This document shows positions 47,232 through 56,848 of a stretch of 64,000 bases of DNA, piece by piece (positions within the stretch are counted from its first letter, which is position 1; the number at the start of each line of letters is the position of its first letter). The stretch is from Candidatus Omnitrophota bacterium. GTDB taxonomy: Bacteria; Omnitrophota; Omnitrophia; Omnitrophales; Aquincolibacteriaceae. Below the pieces are notes generated by a model. The model had not been told where the DNA came from and ran no database searches. It saw only the letters and a program-made list of their open reading frames with translations. Made by a program: the position numbers and the translations under genes. The DNA lies in NCBI GenBank assembly GCA_023247035.1, contig JAHFHG010000001.1, positions 2,021 through 66,020 of the forward strand, given 5' to 3'.

Positions 47232-47996
47232 TTAGAAAGACACGAGGAGGCCCGGCCTTCCGGCATTCATCGTAAGGCTTTCCGGCACAATCGTGGCGTT
47301 GAGATTCAGGCGCCGGATCAATGCCGCAAGTTCTTTTTCCGAAAAAATAAGCGTCTTGGCGGTCTTGCCGAAAGTCCGGTAGTCGCCGCCGGAAAAATAA
47401 TTTTCGAGAACGCCTTCCTTAAAGAGTTTATAGAGATAACCTTCTCGAAGTCCCAGCAGGATAGACCGAAGCGCGTCTCCGAAGGACTGCCAAGGGTTTC
47501 TGCTTAAAGGGATATCCGCGATGAGCAAACGCGCGCCGGGCCGCGCAATTCGTTTGGCATTTTGGATCATGTTTTCAATTTCCCGGATATTCCGGTAGTA
47601 CTGGACGACGCTGACAAAAAGGAACAGGGTGAAATTTTTTTTGCAGAAATCGAAGTCCGTATAATCGCCTTCTATTTGCCGGACGGTGACGTTTGCAGAG
47701 GCCCTGCAATTTTTCTTGCACATTTCCACGAAGCGCGGCGAAGTATCCAGCGCGTGAAGGCTCTTTACGTGCGGCGCGAGGAGGGATTCCAAATGGCCCG
47801 TCCCGCAGCCGACTGTCAGGACCTCATCTTCAGGTTGAAGGGCGACAACGGCTTTGAAGCGGTTGAAGAAAATTCGCGCGTTGATCTCCCACAATTCGGA
47901 GGAGGTCCAAAACTGGTCCTGATTCCAGTATTCGATCCAGCCGGAAGGGATCTCAGGCGGCGCATTGGATTTGGCATTCAAGACGGAGGGCGTCAT
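47232..47996 (-). CDS. Class I SAM-dependent methyltransferase
   Basis: Motif I (VLTVGCGTGHL) and an acidic motif II. Start set at internal ATG 47996 (MTPSVLNAK) to avoid a 105-nt overlap with the upstream gene. Confidence 0.6.
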   Translation of the reverse strand: MTPSVLNAKSNAPPEIPSGWIEYWNQDQFWTSSELWEINARIFFNRFKAVVALQPEDEVLTVGCGTGHLESLLAPHVKSLHALDTSPRFVEMCKKNCRASANVTVRQIEGDYTDFDFCKKNFTLFLFVSVVQYYRNIREIENMIQNAKRIARPGARLLIADIPLSRNPWQSFGDALRSILLGLREGYLYKLFKEGVLENYFSGGDYRTFGKTAKTLIFSEKELAALIRRLNLNATIVPESLTMNAGRPGLLVSF

Positions 47997-49432
47997 TGGG
48001 CAAACTCCGCCGGGCTTAGCGCGGATTCCGTTTCCGGCCGTAAAATTTTTTCGCCGTTCAAGAGTTTCTCCGCCAAGTCGAAAGCCCGGCGCATACATTG
48101 ATCCGCGTCCCCGTAAAGAAATTCACCCGATCGGCCCAAGGTATAAAAATTCCGTTTGTTTTGGATGAATTCCATAAGCGCCGCCAAATGTCCGGCATAA
48201 TTTTTCCGGTAAATAGGATAAGCATAAGGCGCCTTGACGAGCAAAAGCCGGCTTACGTCTTGGCGCTTTAAAAAACCGTCTTGCGACAAACTTTCGATGC
48301 AGCGCTCGAATAATTTTTCTTTCGAGGCATTCCAAATCTCGTCTCCGCGCCGGCAGGGGATTTCCGCTGCAAGAATGTTTTCACCTTCAGGACTGGTGCG
48401 CTCGCTGAACTTATTCATTTCGGTAATCCGGTTATAAGGCCGGTGGAGGAGATAAAGGTAATCGCAAGGCAGAATGTTTTGTTTTTGCGTCGCCATTCCA
48501 AGCATCAGAAGAGGCCGGTAGTCCAATTTCGAAGCGGCTTCCAGCACGGCGGCGGGCGGCGGCGGATCAAAAGAATGAATCAGGATCGGCAGGGGAAGGG
48601 TGGAAATAACGCAATGTCCCGCGGCCCATTTTTCCCGCCCCTCTTTTTCATATTCAATTTCAAAACCCCCGTCCGGAAGCTGATGAATGCCCGTCACGCG
48701 GCAGGAAAGCCGGAGCCGGCCGCCTCGTGAAAGAAACCGGTTTGCCATCCTCTCTGAAATTTCTCCGTAGCCGGTCGAGGGATAATAGGTGGGAAGCCGC
48801 TCGCGGTCAATGATCGAAAGCGAATGGACGCCGTTGTATTTTTTGAGCAAATGCCCGAGCGTTTTCAAAAAACTCAGGCGGGTGTGGCTCGGGATCGAGC
48901 GCGCCGAAAGTTCGCAGGCCGGTATTTTCCAAAATTGCTCCGTGTAGGGTTTGAAAAAAGTTTGATAAAGGTAGTCTCCGAAGTTCTGCTTCGCCCATTC
49001 CTCGACGCTTTGATTCTCAAGATTATTTTGCGCCGCTTTTTCGGGATCGAAGAGTTTCGCCTTAAGCAGGCTTAGCAGGGCGCGCAAGCCGGGCCCCGGC
49101 CCCATTTGAAAAAGAATATGGAATGCGGTCAGCGGGTAGTCCAGGTAATTTCCTTCGAAATAGAATTTGACGCGGCGCGTTTTTCCCTTCAAGGGCGGGT
49201 CAAACAATTCGCGGACCGTGCGGGATATTTCCTCATCTTCCGAAAAAAAGGAATGAGGCCCGAAGTCTAAAGAGTAGCCGTCTTCGCGAAGGGTTCCGGC
49301 CAGGCCGCCGGGCCGGCAGGAGGCCTCGAGGATTTCGGCGGCGGCGCCTGCAGAAGCCAGTTTCCAGCCGAGAGTCAGACCGGAAATACCTCCGCCCAGA
49401 ATCAGGTATCGATTTTCCATTTCCTTCATCAT
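47993..49432 (-). CDS. FAD/NAD(P)-binding oxidoreductase (amine-oxidase/protoporphyrinogen-oxidase-like fold)
   Basis: GxGxxG dinucleotide-binding motif (YLILGGGISGLTLGWKLA) at the N-terminus when started at ATG 49432 (MMKEMENRY). Confidence 0.7.
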   Translation of the reverse strand: MMKEMENRYLILGGGISGLTLGWKLASAGAAAEILEASCRPGGLAGTLREDGYSLDFGPHSFFSEDEEISRTVRELFDPPLKGKTRRVKFYFEGNYLDYPLTAFHILFQMGPGPGLRALLSLLKAKLFDPEKAAQNNLENQSVEEWAKQNFGDYLYQTFFKPYTEQFWKIPACELSARSIPSHTRLSFLKTLGHLLKKYNGVHSLSIIDRERLPTYYPSTGYGEISERMANRFLSRGGRLRLSCRVTGIHQLPDGGFEIEYEKEGREKWAAGHCVISTLPLPILIHSFDPPPPAAVLEAASKLDYRPLLMLGMATQKQNILPCDYLYLLHRPYNRITEMNKFSERTSPEGENILAAEIPCRRGDEIWNASKEKLFERCIESLSQDGFLKRQDVSRLLLVKAPYAYPIYRKNYAGHLAALMEFIQNKRNFYTLGRSGEFLYGDADQCMRRAFDLAEKLLNGEKILRPETESALSPAEFAQ

Positions 49433-49666
49433 AATCAAGACCGCCCGGCAAATCAAAATAAAAGCGGCGTCCCTTTGCCCTGTCCGGGTTGAAGAAAAAG
49501 CCGGCGGGAGGGGAGGCGCGGGCTCGAAACATTTTACTTCCGACAGTGAAGCCCGAGGAGGTAAAATCCGATAAGACAGCAAACGCTGCGCGCTTCATAC
49601 AGATAGAGTTTAACCGGAGCAACTAAAACCAAAGACTTTATTTTAGAAAAAGGCGAGGTCGGAACT

Positions 49667-50107
49667 ATGAAAGGCCAAAAAGATTCAGTTTTCTCTGCCG
49701 TTCGGTTTTCATCGAAAGGATTTACGCTCATCGAAATCCTGCTTGTCGTGATCATTATCGGTATTTTGGTTTCCCTGGTCGCGCCTCGGCTTGCGGGGCG
49801 TTCGGAAGAAGCCCGCAAGCAGGCGGCCCGCGCCGATATCGACGGAGGGATCAGCCTCGCCCTTGATCTGTATGAAATGGATAATGGGCGGTACCCGGCA
49901 AAACTTGAGGATCTAACGGCCAAGCCCGGAGATAGTTTGAACTGGAAAGGGCCCTACCTGAAAAAGGGAATCCCGAAAGATCCGTGGGGCAATCTTTATG
50001 CCTATAAATTTCCAGGGGCTCAAAATACCTTAAGCTACGATTTGTATTCTCTGGGCCCTGATAAGCAGGAGGGTACGGCAGACGATATCGCAAACTGGTC
50101 CAATTAA
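49667..50107 (+). CDS. gspG: Type II secretion/type IV pilus major pseudopilin (GspG-like), apparently orphan
   Basis: Prepilin leader and N-methylation site (KGFTLIEILLVVIIIGILVSLVAPRL). The GspG-specific C-terminal DPWGNLYAY motif is present. Confidence 0.8.
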   Translation: MKGQKDSVFSAVRFSSKGFTLIEILLVVIIIGILVSLVAPRLAGRSEEARKQAARADIDGGISLALDLYEMDNGRYPAKLEDLTAKPGDSLNWKGPYLKKGIPKDPWGNLYAYKFPGAQNTLSYDLYSLGPDKQEGTADDIANWSN

Positions 50108-50128
50108 GAAAGATTCTTCATCCTAAAG

Positions 50129-50875
50129 TTAAGACTCTTGATCCCTTTTCAGCGCCTCGGCGGCCTCACCGTATGAAAAACCTTCCCGTTGCATTAAAGA
50201 AATAATCGCTTCTTCCGGGCTTGATGCCTCCTGAATAAGAGATTCGGCATCCGACTCGGAATAACCCATCTGAACCAGGCGGTCAATAATCGCAGGCTTA
50301 TTTTTTTCGAATTCTTTTTGGCCGTCATCGGCGCCAAAATAAAAGGGATTATTGACTAAAGCGCCGGAGCGCGGAGGCCTTGAGCGTCCTTTTTTCTCCT
50401 CGGCAGGCTGAGGCCGGTTTTTTTTCGCTTCTTTTTGCCTTTGCTCGGATTCCTCGTAAATTTCATCCATCTGCTTTTGATAATTCTTTTCACCCGCACG
50501 GATTCGCGGTTCGAGCGGGATATCGAGGGGATGCTTGCCCCGGCCTTCCCGGTCGCTTTTTTCGGTTTCTTCTTCGAGATCCGTTTTTCCCCGGGGCTTT
50601 TCCTCGAGGAAAGGTTCCGCCGTTTCCGGCCCGGCGGAAAGCGCTTGTTTTCTTTCCAAGTCCTCGTGGGCGACGTAGTTTTTATCGAGCGAGGGCCGGC
50701 TATTAAAAGTAGCGTCAACCTTTGTCTGGAAACTGCCGGAAGATGTCTGCCCCGTCGCCTGCTGAAGCATTCTCAAACGTTCCGTGCTTTCGACGCCGCG
50801 GGCGCGCGCAAGTGTCAGGGAAGGGAAAAGAAGGATAAACGTTGACAATATTTGCCTGAGGATTCGGCCGCTCAT
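50129..50875 (-). CDS. Hypothetical secreted low-complexity charged protein with a small C-terminal helical module
   Basis: Signal peptide (ILLFPSLTLARA), a Glu/Lys/Arg-rich middle region, and a C-terminal YSESDAESLIQEASSPEEAIISLMQREGFSYGEAAEALK. Confidence 0.4.
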   Translation of the reverse strand: MSGRILRQILSTFILLFPSLTLARARGVESTERLRMLQQATGQTSSGSFQTKVDATFNSRPSLDKNYVAHEDLERKQALSAGPETAEPFLEEKPRGKTDLEEETEKSDREGRGKHPLDIPLEPRIRAGEKNYQKQMDEIYEESEQRQKEAKKNRPQPAEEKKGRSRPPRSGALVNNPFYFGADDGQKEFEKNKPAIIDRLVQMGYSESDAESLIQEASSPEEAIISLMQREGFSYGEAAEALKRDQES

Positions 50876-51032
50876 AGGATCCTAACTCTTTCAAAACTCG
50901 CAAGTTGCAATATAGCATAAGGCTAAAATGTTTACAACACAGAGTTCCCTTAAGATTTGCCCGCAAGTCGTCGATGACATTACGGAAACGCCGTCGATTC
51001 GGCAGAGTTTTCCAAAAATATAAACCTATCGA

Positions 51033-52283
51033 ATGATGAATCAAAAAGCCCGAAAAATTCTACTTCACGAAAGAGTGGCGATGATTGCCCTTATTCTTTC
51101 TTTTTGTCTGCGGGCTGATTTTCTCTATGCCCAAGACCCTTTTAAAAAGTTGCGCGCGGAAGACATCAAAGCCAAAGAGAAGCGGGCCGGTGAACTCGCT
51201 CAGAAAGCCGGCGCTTTCGAAAAACAACTCGGAGAAGAGCAGCGTCAAAATAAAACGTCGCAGGAAAAGATGTGGAAAGATTTCATAGACGGCCTTGAAG
51301 CTGAAAGGGGAAATCTTCAGGGCAAGATCCTTGCGCTGGAAGGCCGCCGGCGGAGTTTCGAAGCGGAATTGGAGAAAAACCGCGGCCAGGACGAGCTCCG
51401 GGCCCACGAAAAACAGAATGAGATTCAGCTCTTAATGCTGGAAAGCCGCAGATTGCAGGCTGAGGCGGAACAGGACAAGAAAATTTTTGAGGACGAACTC
51501 GGGGCGGCAAAAAACCGGTCTTCTTCTGAAAGCGCGCCGGATTCTTCTTCCATCAAAGATGCTCTGCAGGCTGCGGAAGGGAAAATTTTGGGAAGCGGGG
51601 CCTTCAAAATCAATCCCGAAAGCGGGCGTCCCATGACGGAAGGAAGCCCCTTTCAGACACGGCTCATCCGGCCCGAATATTATTTGGAGATCGGCGACGT
51701 CTTGGAGATTGACGTCTGGAGGGTCTCTGATTTTTCCCGCGTCGTGATCGTGCGCCCGGACGGCCGCATTTCCTTGCCGCTCGTCGGGGATTTATATGTT
51801 TTCGCAATGAGCCTGATCGAGGTCCGCGACATTTTGACCAAAAAATTATCGGAGTATATCCGCAATCCTCAAGTATCCATTTCAATGCGCCAGTTTGGAG
51901 GGCGTAAATTCGTCATCCTCGGGGAGATCAACACTCCCGGCGTTTATCGGTTCCAGCAGGAAATTTCCCTTCTTGAAGGCGTCGCCCTTGCGGGAGGATT
52001 CAAGCCCGATGCCAAACGGGGAAAAATTATGGTGATCCGCGGAGACATCCGCAAGGAGCCCCAAGTCAAAATCATCAAGGCGAATGTTGAAAATGTGCTG
52101 AAGAAAGGAATGATCAGCGAAAACCTCCTCATCATGCCCAATGATATTGTTTACGTGGCCAAGGATCTGATCGGGGATTACCGCGAGATTCTCGATAATC
52201 TCGTGCAGCCGGCTCTGGACAACAGCATTGATTTCTTCGTTCTCCGCAGCGCCATACGAACCGCTCAGGGCCGCCGCAATTAA
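51033..52283 (+). CDS. Polysaccharide export protein Wza-like with a long N-terminal coiled-coil region
   Basis: Poly_export/SLBB motifs (GDVLEIDVWRV, RPDGRISLPLVGDLYV, PNDIVYV). It is preceded by roughly 180 aa of coiled coil. Confidence 0.8.
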   Translation: MMNQKARKILLHERVAMIALILSFCLRADFLYAQDPFKKLRAEDIKAKEKRAGELAQKAGAFEKQLGEEQRQNKTSQEKMWKDFIDGLEAERGNLQGKILALEGRRRSFEAELEKNRGQDELRAHEKQNEIQLLMLESRRLQAEAEQDKKIFEDELGAAKNRSSSESAPDSSSIKDALQAAEGKILGSGAFKINPESGRPMTEGSPFQTRLIRPEYYLEIGDVLEIDVWRVSDFSRVVIVRPDGRISLPLVGDLYVFAMSLIEVRDILTKKLSEYIRNPQVSISMRQFGGRKFVILGEINTPGVYRFQQEISLLEGVALAGGFKPDAKRGKIMVIRGDIRKEPQVKIIKANVENVLKKGMISENLLIMPNDIVYVAKDLIGDYREILDNLVQPALDNSIDFFVLRSAIRTAQGRRN

Positions 52284-54274
52284 TGGCAGAAATATCCGGT
52301 AACTTTTCCAGCCGCGTTGCTTCTGAAATCCATCGTTATGAATTAACCCTCAGTGATTATTGGCGGATCATTGTGAAGCGGCGGCTGGTGGTATTTTTCA
52401 CTTTCGTCTCCGTACTTTTAAGCACCATTTTTTATACCCACATTCAAACCGCCCTTTATGAAGCAAGTTCCATGGTGCGGGTGGGGACGGGCGGCAGGGT
52501 CTTTCAGTTTCAAGGCGGTTATTATTTGGCCCAAGGCGCTGATCCGATGATCACTTATGCCAATATGATTACCGGCAAAGAAGTGCTGGAGCGGGTGGTG
52601 ATCCGTTTGGGGTTTTTAAGCAAGGATTCCAAGGCTGAGGATCTGATTGAAAAATCCGCCGAGATCCGCGAGGCCGTCACCGCAACGCGCGTCACCGAAA
52701 CGGATATGATCCAGATCAGCGTCGTTTATCCGGATCCGAAGCTTGCCGCCGCAATCGCCAATTCCACGGCCGACGCTTTTATCGAGGTGGATTTTTTGCA
52801 GAAGACACGCCAGGCCCGGAATCTAAGGCGTTTTATCGAAAAACAGCTGGAGATCCTTTCGAAAAAATTAAAGTCTGTCGAGACGCAAATCCAGGACTTC
52901 CGCCAATCGGGCCGCGCTTTCGGGCTTGCGATGGGTTTGGAACAGCGGCTTTCGGAATTGGAAAAGGACCGGAATGTTTTGCTCAAGCAATTTACCGAGA
53001 AACATCCCGACGTCCTGAAGTTTGACGATCAGATCCAGGGTGTCCGGCAGCAAATCCGCCGACTGCCGGCTCATGAGCTTGAGTTTGCAAGGTTCCAGCG
53101 GGAGCTTGAAATTAACGATCGCGCCTACCGGGTCATGAAAGAAAAATATGAAGCCGCCCGGCTTGCGGAGGCGGAGGAAGTCAGCGACGTGACGATTATT
53201 GAATCCGCAACCGTGCCCGCCCACCCTATTTCACCTCGCAAAGACCTGAACAAGATGCTCGGGGCCTTTATCGGATTGATCCTGGGATTGGCCTTCGCCT
53301 TTATCCATGAAAATCTGGACACCTCAATCGGCACGATTGATGATGTCGAAAGGACCGTGCGTCTTCCCGTCATCGGGATTGTCCCTTATTTTAATCCGCA
53401 CGAAGAAGACTTCCCGTGGTGGAGGATTGACCGCTCAATCATTCAACTTTTTCGAAACCCGAGAGAGCTGCCCCCTGACTCGGCTTACCTCATCATGAAC
53501 CAGGATACCCTTTCAACCCTGGCTGAGGCCTACCGCATTTTGAGAACGTTTGTAGAATTTATTATGGAAAAAAAGACTGGCCAGGCAAGGACGTTGATCA
53601 TCACAAGTACGGGGCCGCAGGAAGGGAAAACTCTAACGGCCTCCAATTTGGCTATTTCTATGGCGCAGGCCGGCAAGAAAACATTGTTGATTGATGCCGA
53701 TTTAAGACGTCCGACAATCCACCGCCTCTTCGGGCTTCAAAGGGCCCCCGGCCTGAGCGAGGTTTTGCTGGGAACCGTCCATTACAATCAGGCGTGCAAG
53801 GCTATGGGCGATATCCTCGTGGGGGACAACTCCAAATGGGATCATCTGACGGCGACAAAGCTGCTTGACCGTTTGGAGATTCTTACGACCGGAGTCCACA
53901 ACCCGAATCCGGCGGAATTGATCGCCTCTGAAGAAATGAAGAATCTTTTAAATCAACTCCGTTCGGAATATGACTACATTATTCTTGATACCCCTCCTGT
54001 GCTGCCTGTCACGGATTCACGCACCCTGGGGCTTCTGGCGGACGCCACTTTTTTTGTTTACCGCGCCGGAAAGACCGCAAGACGCGCCCTGACGCGCGCC
54101 CGCGAAGAGCTTAATCTTGCCGGAGTGAACGTCAAAGGGATCATTCTGAATCAGGCGACGCCGGAGGTGACCTTGACGGATTCTTATTATTATCAATATT
54201 ACGGCGAGAAGAAGCCCAAGAAAGGCAAGCCCCCTTCGGAGATCCGTTCTTCAAAAGGCGTCGGGGTGAGCTGA
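52283..54274 (+). CDS. Wzc/GumC-like chain-length determinant fused to a BY-kinase ATPase domain (second copy)
   Basis: Wzz-like TM, a periplasmic coiled coil, and a second TM. The C-terminal Walker A variant is TSTGPQEGKTLTASNLAISMA, with LIDADLRRP and a Walker B ILDTPP. Confidence 0.8.
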   Translation: MAEISGNFSSRVASEIHRYELTLSDYWRIIVKRRLVVFFTFVSVLLSTIFYTHIQTALYEASSMVRVGTGGRVFQFQGGYYLAQGADPMITYANMITGKEVLERVVIRLGFLSKDSKAEDLIEKSAEIREAVTATRVTETDMIQISVVYPDPKLAAAIANSTADAFIEVDFLQKTRQARNLRRFIEKQLEILSKKLKSVETQIQDFRQSGRAFGLAMGLEQRLSELEKDRNVLLKQFTEKHPDVLKFDDQIQGVRQQIRRLPAHELEFARFQRELEINDRAYRVMKEKYEAARLAEAEEVSDVTIIESATVPAHPISPRKDLNKMLGAFIGLILGLAFAFIHENLDTSIGTIDDVERTVRLPVIGIVPYFNPHEEDFPWWRIDRSIIQLFRNPRELPPDSAYLIMNQDTLSTLAEAYRILRTFVEFIMEKKTGQARTLIITSTGPQEGKTLTASNLAISMAQAGKKTLLIDADLRRPTIHRLFGLQRAPGLSEVLLGTVHYNQACKAMGDILVGDNSKWDHLTATKLLDRLEILTTGVHNPNPAELIASEEMKNLLNQLRSEYDYIILDTPPVLPVTDSRTLGLLADATFFVYRAGKTARRALTRAREELNLAGVNVKGIILNQATPEVTLTDSYYYQYYGEKKPKKGKPPSEIRSSKGVGVS

Positions 54275-54280
54275 GGCCTT

Positions 54281-55345
54281 ATGAGAAGAGTGTTAGTTAC
54301 AGGAGGGGCGGGTTTTATCGGATCCCACCTGATGGATTTCCTTTTAGAGCGCGGGGATTATGTCCTCTGTCTTGATGATTGTTCCACAGGAACTCTAGGC
54401 AATATCGCCCCCCACCGCAAAAACCGCCGCTTTGAATTTGTGTCCGGCAGCATCCTGCAGGGAAGAATCGTTGCGAAGTGTGTCCGGAATGCCGACCTTA
54501 TTTTTCACTTTGCGGCGGCGGTGGGGGTCAGGCATATTGTGGAGAATCCTTTGAGATCCATTCGCGTCAATGTAGAAGGCGCGGCGAATGTTTTGGAAAA
54601 GGCATTCCGCTACAAAAAAAAGATTATCCTCGCCTCATCCTCCGAAGTTTACGGAAAAAGCACGAATCTTCCTTATCGTGAAGAGGATGACCGCCTTTTG
54701 GGCCCGACCACGATTAACCGCTGGTCTTACGCGGCCGGCAAAGCGATTGATGAGCACTTGGCTCTGAACTACGGAAGGCAGGGGCTCGCGGTCGTTATCC
54801 TGCGTTTTTTTAATACCTACGGCCCCAGGATAAATGAAGAGGCCTACGGCACCGTGATTGCGCAATTTATCCGGCAGGCTTTTTTGGGCGAGCCCTTGAC
54901 CGTTCACGGGGACGGCAAGCAGGTAAGGTGTTTTTCTTACATCACGGATATCGTGGCCGGAATCATTAAAGCTTCCGAAATCAAGGCCGCGGAGGGAGAA
55001 ATTTTCAATCTCGGCAATCCGAACCCTTCTACGATTATGGAATTGGCCGAATCCGTGAAGCGTGTGACGGCGAGCCTTTCGCCGATTCAACAGGTGCCTT
55101 ACCGGGATTATTACGGCCAGAGTTACGAAGACACGCCGGTCCGTATCCCTGACATTTCGAAGGCCAAGCAGATTCTGAACTTCGAGCCGTTCGTTTCGCT
55201 CGCCGAAGGCCTGCGGAGGACGGTCGCGTGGTGCCGCCGGAATTACCGGTCGAGTTTGGAGCCGGAGCCGGCAAACGGCCGGCCGAAAACTCCACCCGCC
55301 GTTTTGCTTGACAAGCTGAAGCGGCAGGGGCGGCCGCTCTCCTGA
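54281..55345 (+). CDS. NAD-dependent UDP-sugar epimerase/dehydratase (UDP-glucuronate decarboxylase/4-epimerase-like)
   Basis: VLVTGGAGFIGSHL Rossmann motif, a catalytic SSSEVYG region, and YAAGK. Confidence 0.8.
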   Translation: MRRVLVTGGAGFIGSHLMDFLLERGDYVLCLDDCSTGTLGNIAPHRKNRRFEFVSGSILQGRIVAKCVRNADLIFHFAAAVGVRHIVENPLRSIRVNVEGAANVLEKAFRYKKKIILASSSEVYGKSTNLPYREEDDRLLGPTTINRWSYAAGKAIDEHLALNYGRQGLAVVILRFFNTYGPRINEEAYGTVIAQFIRQAFLGEPLTVHGDGKQVRCFSYITDIVAGIIKASEIKAAEGEIFNLGNPNPSTIMELAESVKRVTASLSPIQQVPYRDYYGQSYEDTPVRIPDISKAKQILNFEPFVSLAEGLRRTVAWCRRNYRSSLEPEPANGRPKTPPAVLLDKLKRQGRPLS

Positions 55346-55385
55346 TTTTTAGATTTATCCCTCATTATTTTTTCAAGCTTTCCTA

Positions 55386-55415
55386 ATTGACAATGAATTG
55401 GGCGTTTTTGTATGA
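55386..55415 (+). promoter_or_regulatory. Sigma70-like promoter upstream of the IMPDH-family gene (TTGACA-18-TATGAT)
   Basis: TTGACA at 55386-55391 and TATGAT at 55410-55415. A perfect palindrome TTGCTCAA-gaaa-TTGAGCAA follows at 55455-55474. Confidence 0.4.
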
Positions 55416-55550
55416 TACGGCAAATGGAAAACCTTCTGCCGCAAAATTCCCGCTTTGCTCAAGAAATTGAGCAAGATTTTTTTATGGATCCCTGCAGCGT
55501 TTCGCCGTTCGCAAATCCGGCCTTAAAATTCCAATCCGAGGAGCCCTGTT

Positions 55551-56711
55551 ATGTCTGAATTTATCGGCCGCGACCGCAAGGCCCGGCGCGCTTACGGCTT
55601 TGATGAAATCGCCCTCGTCCCGGGGGAGGTGACGCTGAATCCGGAGGAGGTGGATATTCATTTTAAATTAGGCAATAAAACCTTTGAGATCCCCTTTTTG
55701 GCTTCCGCAATGGACGGCGTTGTGGACCCGCATTTCGCCGCGGCGATGGGCAGGCTCGGCGGGCTTGCGGTCTTGAATCTCGAGGGAATTTATACCCGTT
55801 ACGAGGATTACGATTCCATTTTAAAGGATATCGTTAAAGCGACTTCGGAAGAGGCTACGCAGCTTGTGCAGAAAATTTATCTGGAGCCTGTCAAGGAAAA
55901 GTTGATCGTCAAGCGGATTGAGGAAATCAAAAAAGCAAAAGGGCCTTGCGCCGTGAGCTCGATCCCGCAAAAAGCGGAGAAATTCGGCAAAATTGCGGAG
56001 GAAGCGGGCGCGGATATTTTCGTGGTCCAGTCCACCGTGACAACCGTCAATCACATTTCGAAATCCTATAAGGTGGTTGATTTCCGTAAATTCTGCAAAG
56101 AAATGAAGATTCCCGTGATTCTCGGCAATTGTGTCACTTATAAAGTGAGCCTTGAGCTTGCTGAAACGGGCTGTGCCGGCCTTCTCGTGGGCATCGGCCC
56201 GGGTTCGGCGTGCACGACGCGGGGCGTTTTAGGCCTCGGCGTTCCTCAAGTCACGGCGATTGCAGACTGTGCCGCGGCCCGCGAGGTGTACCATAAAAAA
56301 ACGCGCAAGTACGTGGCCATTATTGGAGACGGCGGGATGTCGACGGGCGGGGATATTTGCAAGGCCTTTGCCTGCGGGGCGGACGCGGTCATGGTAGGCT
56401 CGGCCTTTGCGCGCGCCAAGGAAGCGCCGGGCAGAGGATTCCATTGGGGAATGGCGACCCCGCACGCGAATCTGCCGAGGGGAACGAGGATCCGCGTCGG
56501 AACCACGGGGACTCTTGAGGAAATTTTATACGGCCCGGCCTCGCTTGATGACGGCACTCAAAATCTGGTCGGCGCTCTGCGCACGTGTATGGGAAACGTG
56601 GGCGCGCGCGATATCCGCGAAATGCAATTGGCGGAAGTCGTGATCGCCCCCGCCATACGCACCGAAGGCAAACTTTTTCAGGCCGCCCAGCGCGTGGGAA
56701 TGGGGAAGTAA
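55551..56711 (+). CDS. IMP dehydrogenase-family protein lacking the CBS pair (GuaB-related)
   Basis: IMPDH catalytic loop GIGPGSACTTR and TIM-barrel motifs. There are no CBS domains between barrel strands. It lies immediately upstream of guaA. Confidence 0.7.
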   Translation: MSEFIGRDRKARRAYGFDEIALVPGEVTLNPEEVDIHFKLGNKTFEIPFLASAMDGVVDPHFAAAMGRLGGLAVLNLEGIYTRYEDYDSILKDIVKATSEEATQLVQKIYLEPVKEKLIVKRIEEIKKAKGPCAVSSIPQKAEKFGKIAEEAGADIFVVQSTVTTVNHISKSYKVVDFRKFCKEMKIPVILGNCVTYKVSLELAETGCAGLLVGIGPGSACTTRGVLGLGVPQVTAIADCAAAREVYHKKTRKYVAIIGDGGMSTGGDICKAFACGADAVMVGSAFARAKEAPGRGFHWGMATPHANLPRGTRIRVGTTGTLEEILYGPASLDDGTQNLVGALRTCMGNVGARDIREMQLAEVVIAPAIRTEGKLFQAAQRVGMGK

Positions 56712-56848
56712 AAGGAAAGTAAAAGCTGAAAAGGGAACAGGAAAAATCACAATTAAAAATTTAAAAGTAGGATCCAATTGAAAAATGACGGATCATTTTC
56801 AATTTTAAATTGCGGTTTCCCCTTTTTCATTTTTCCTTTTGAATTTTT

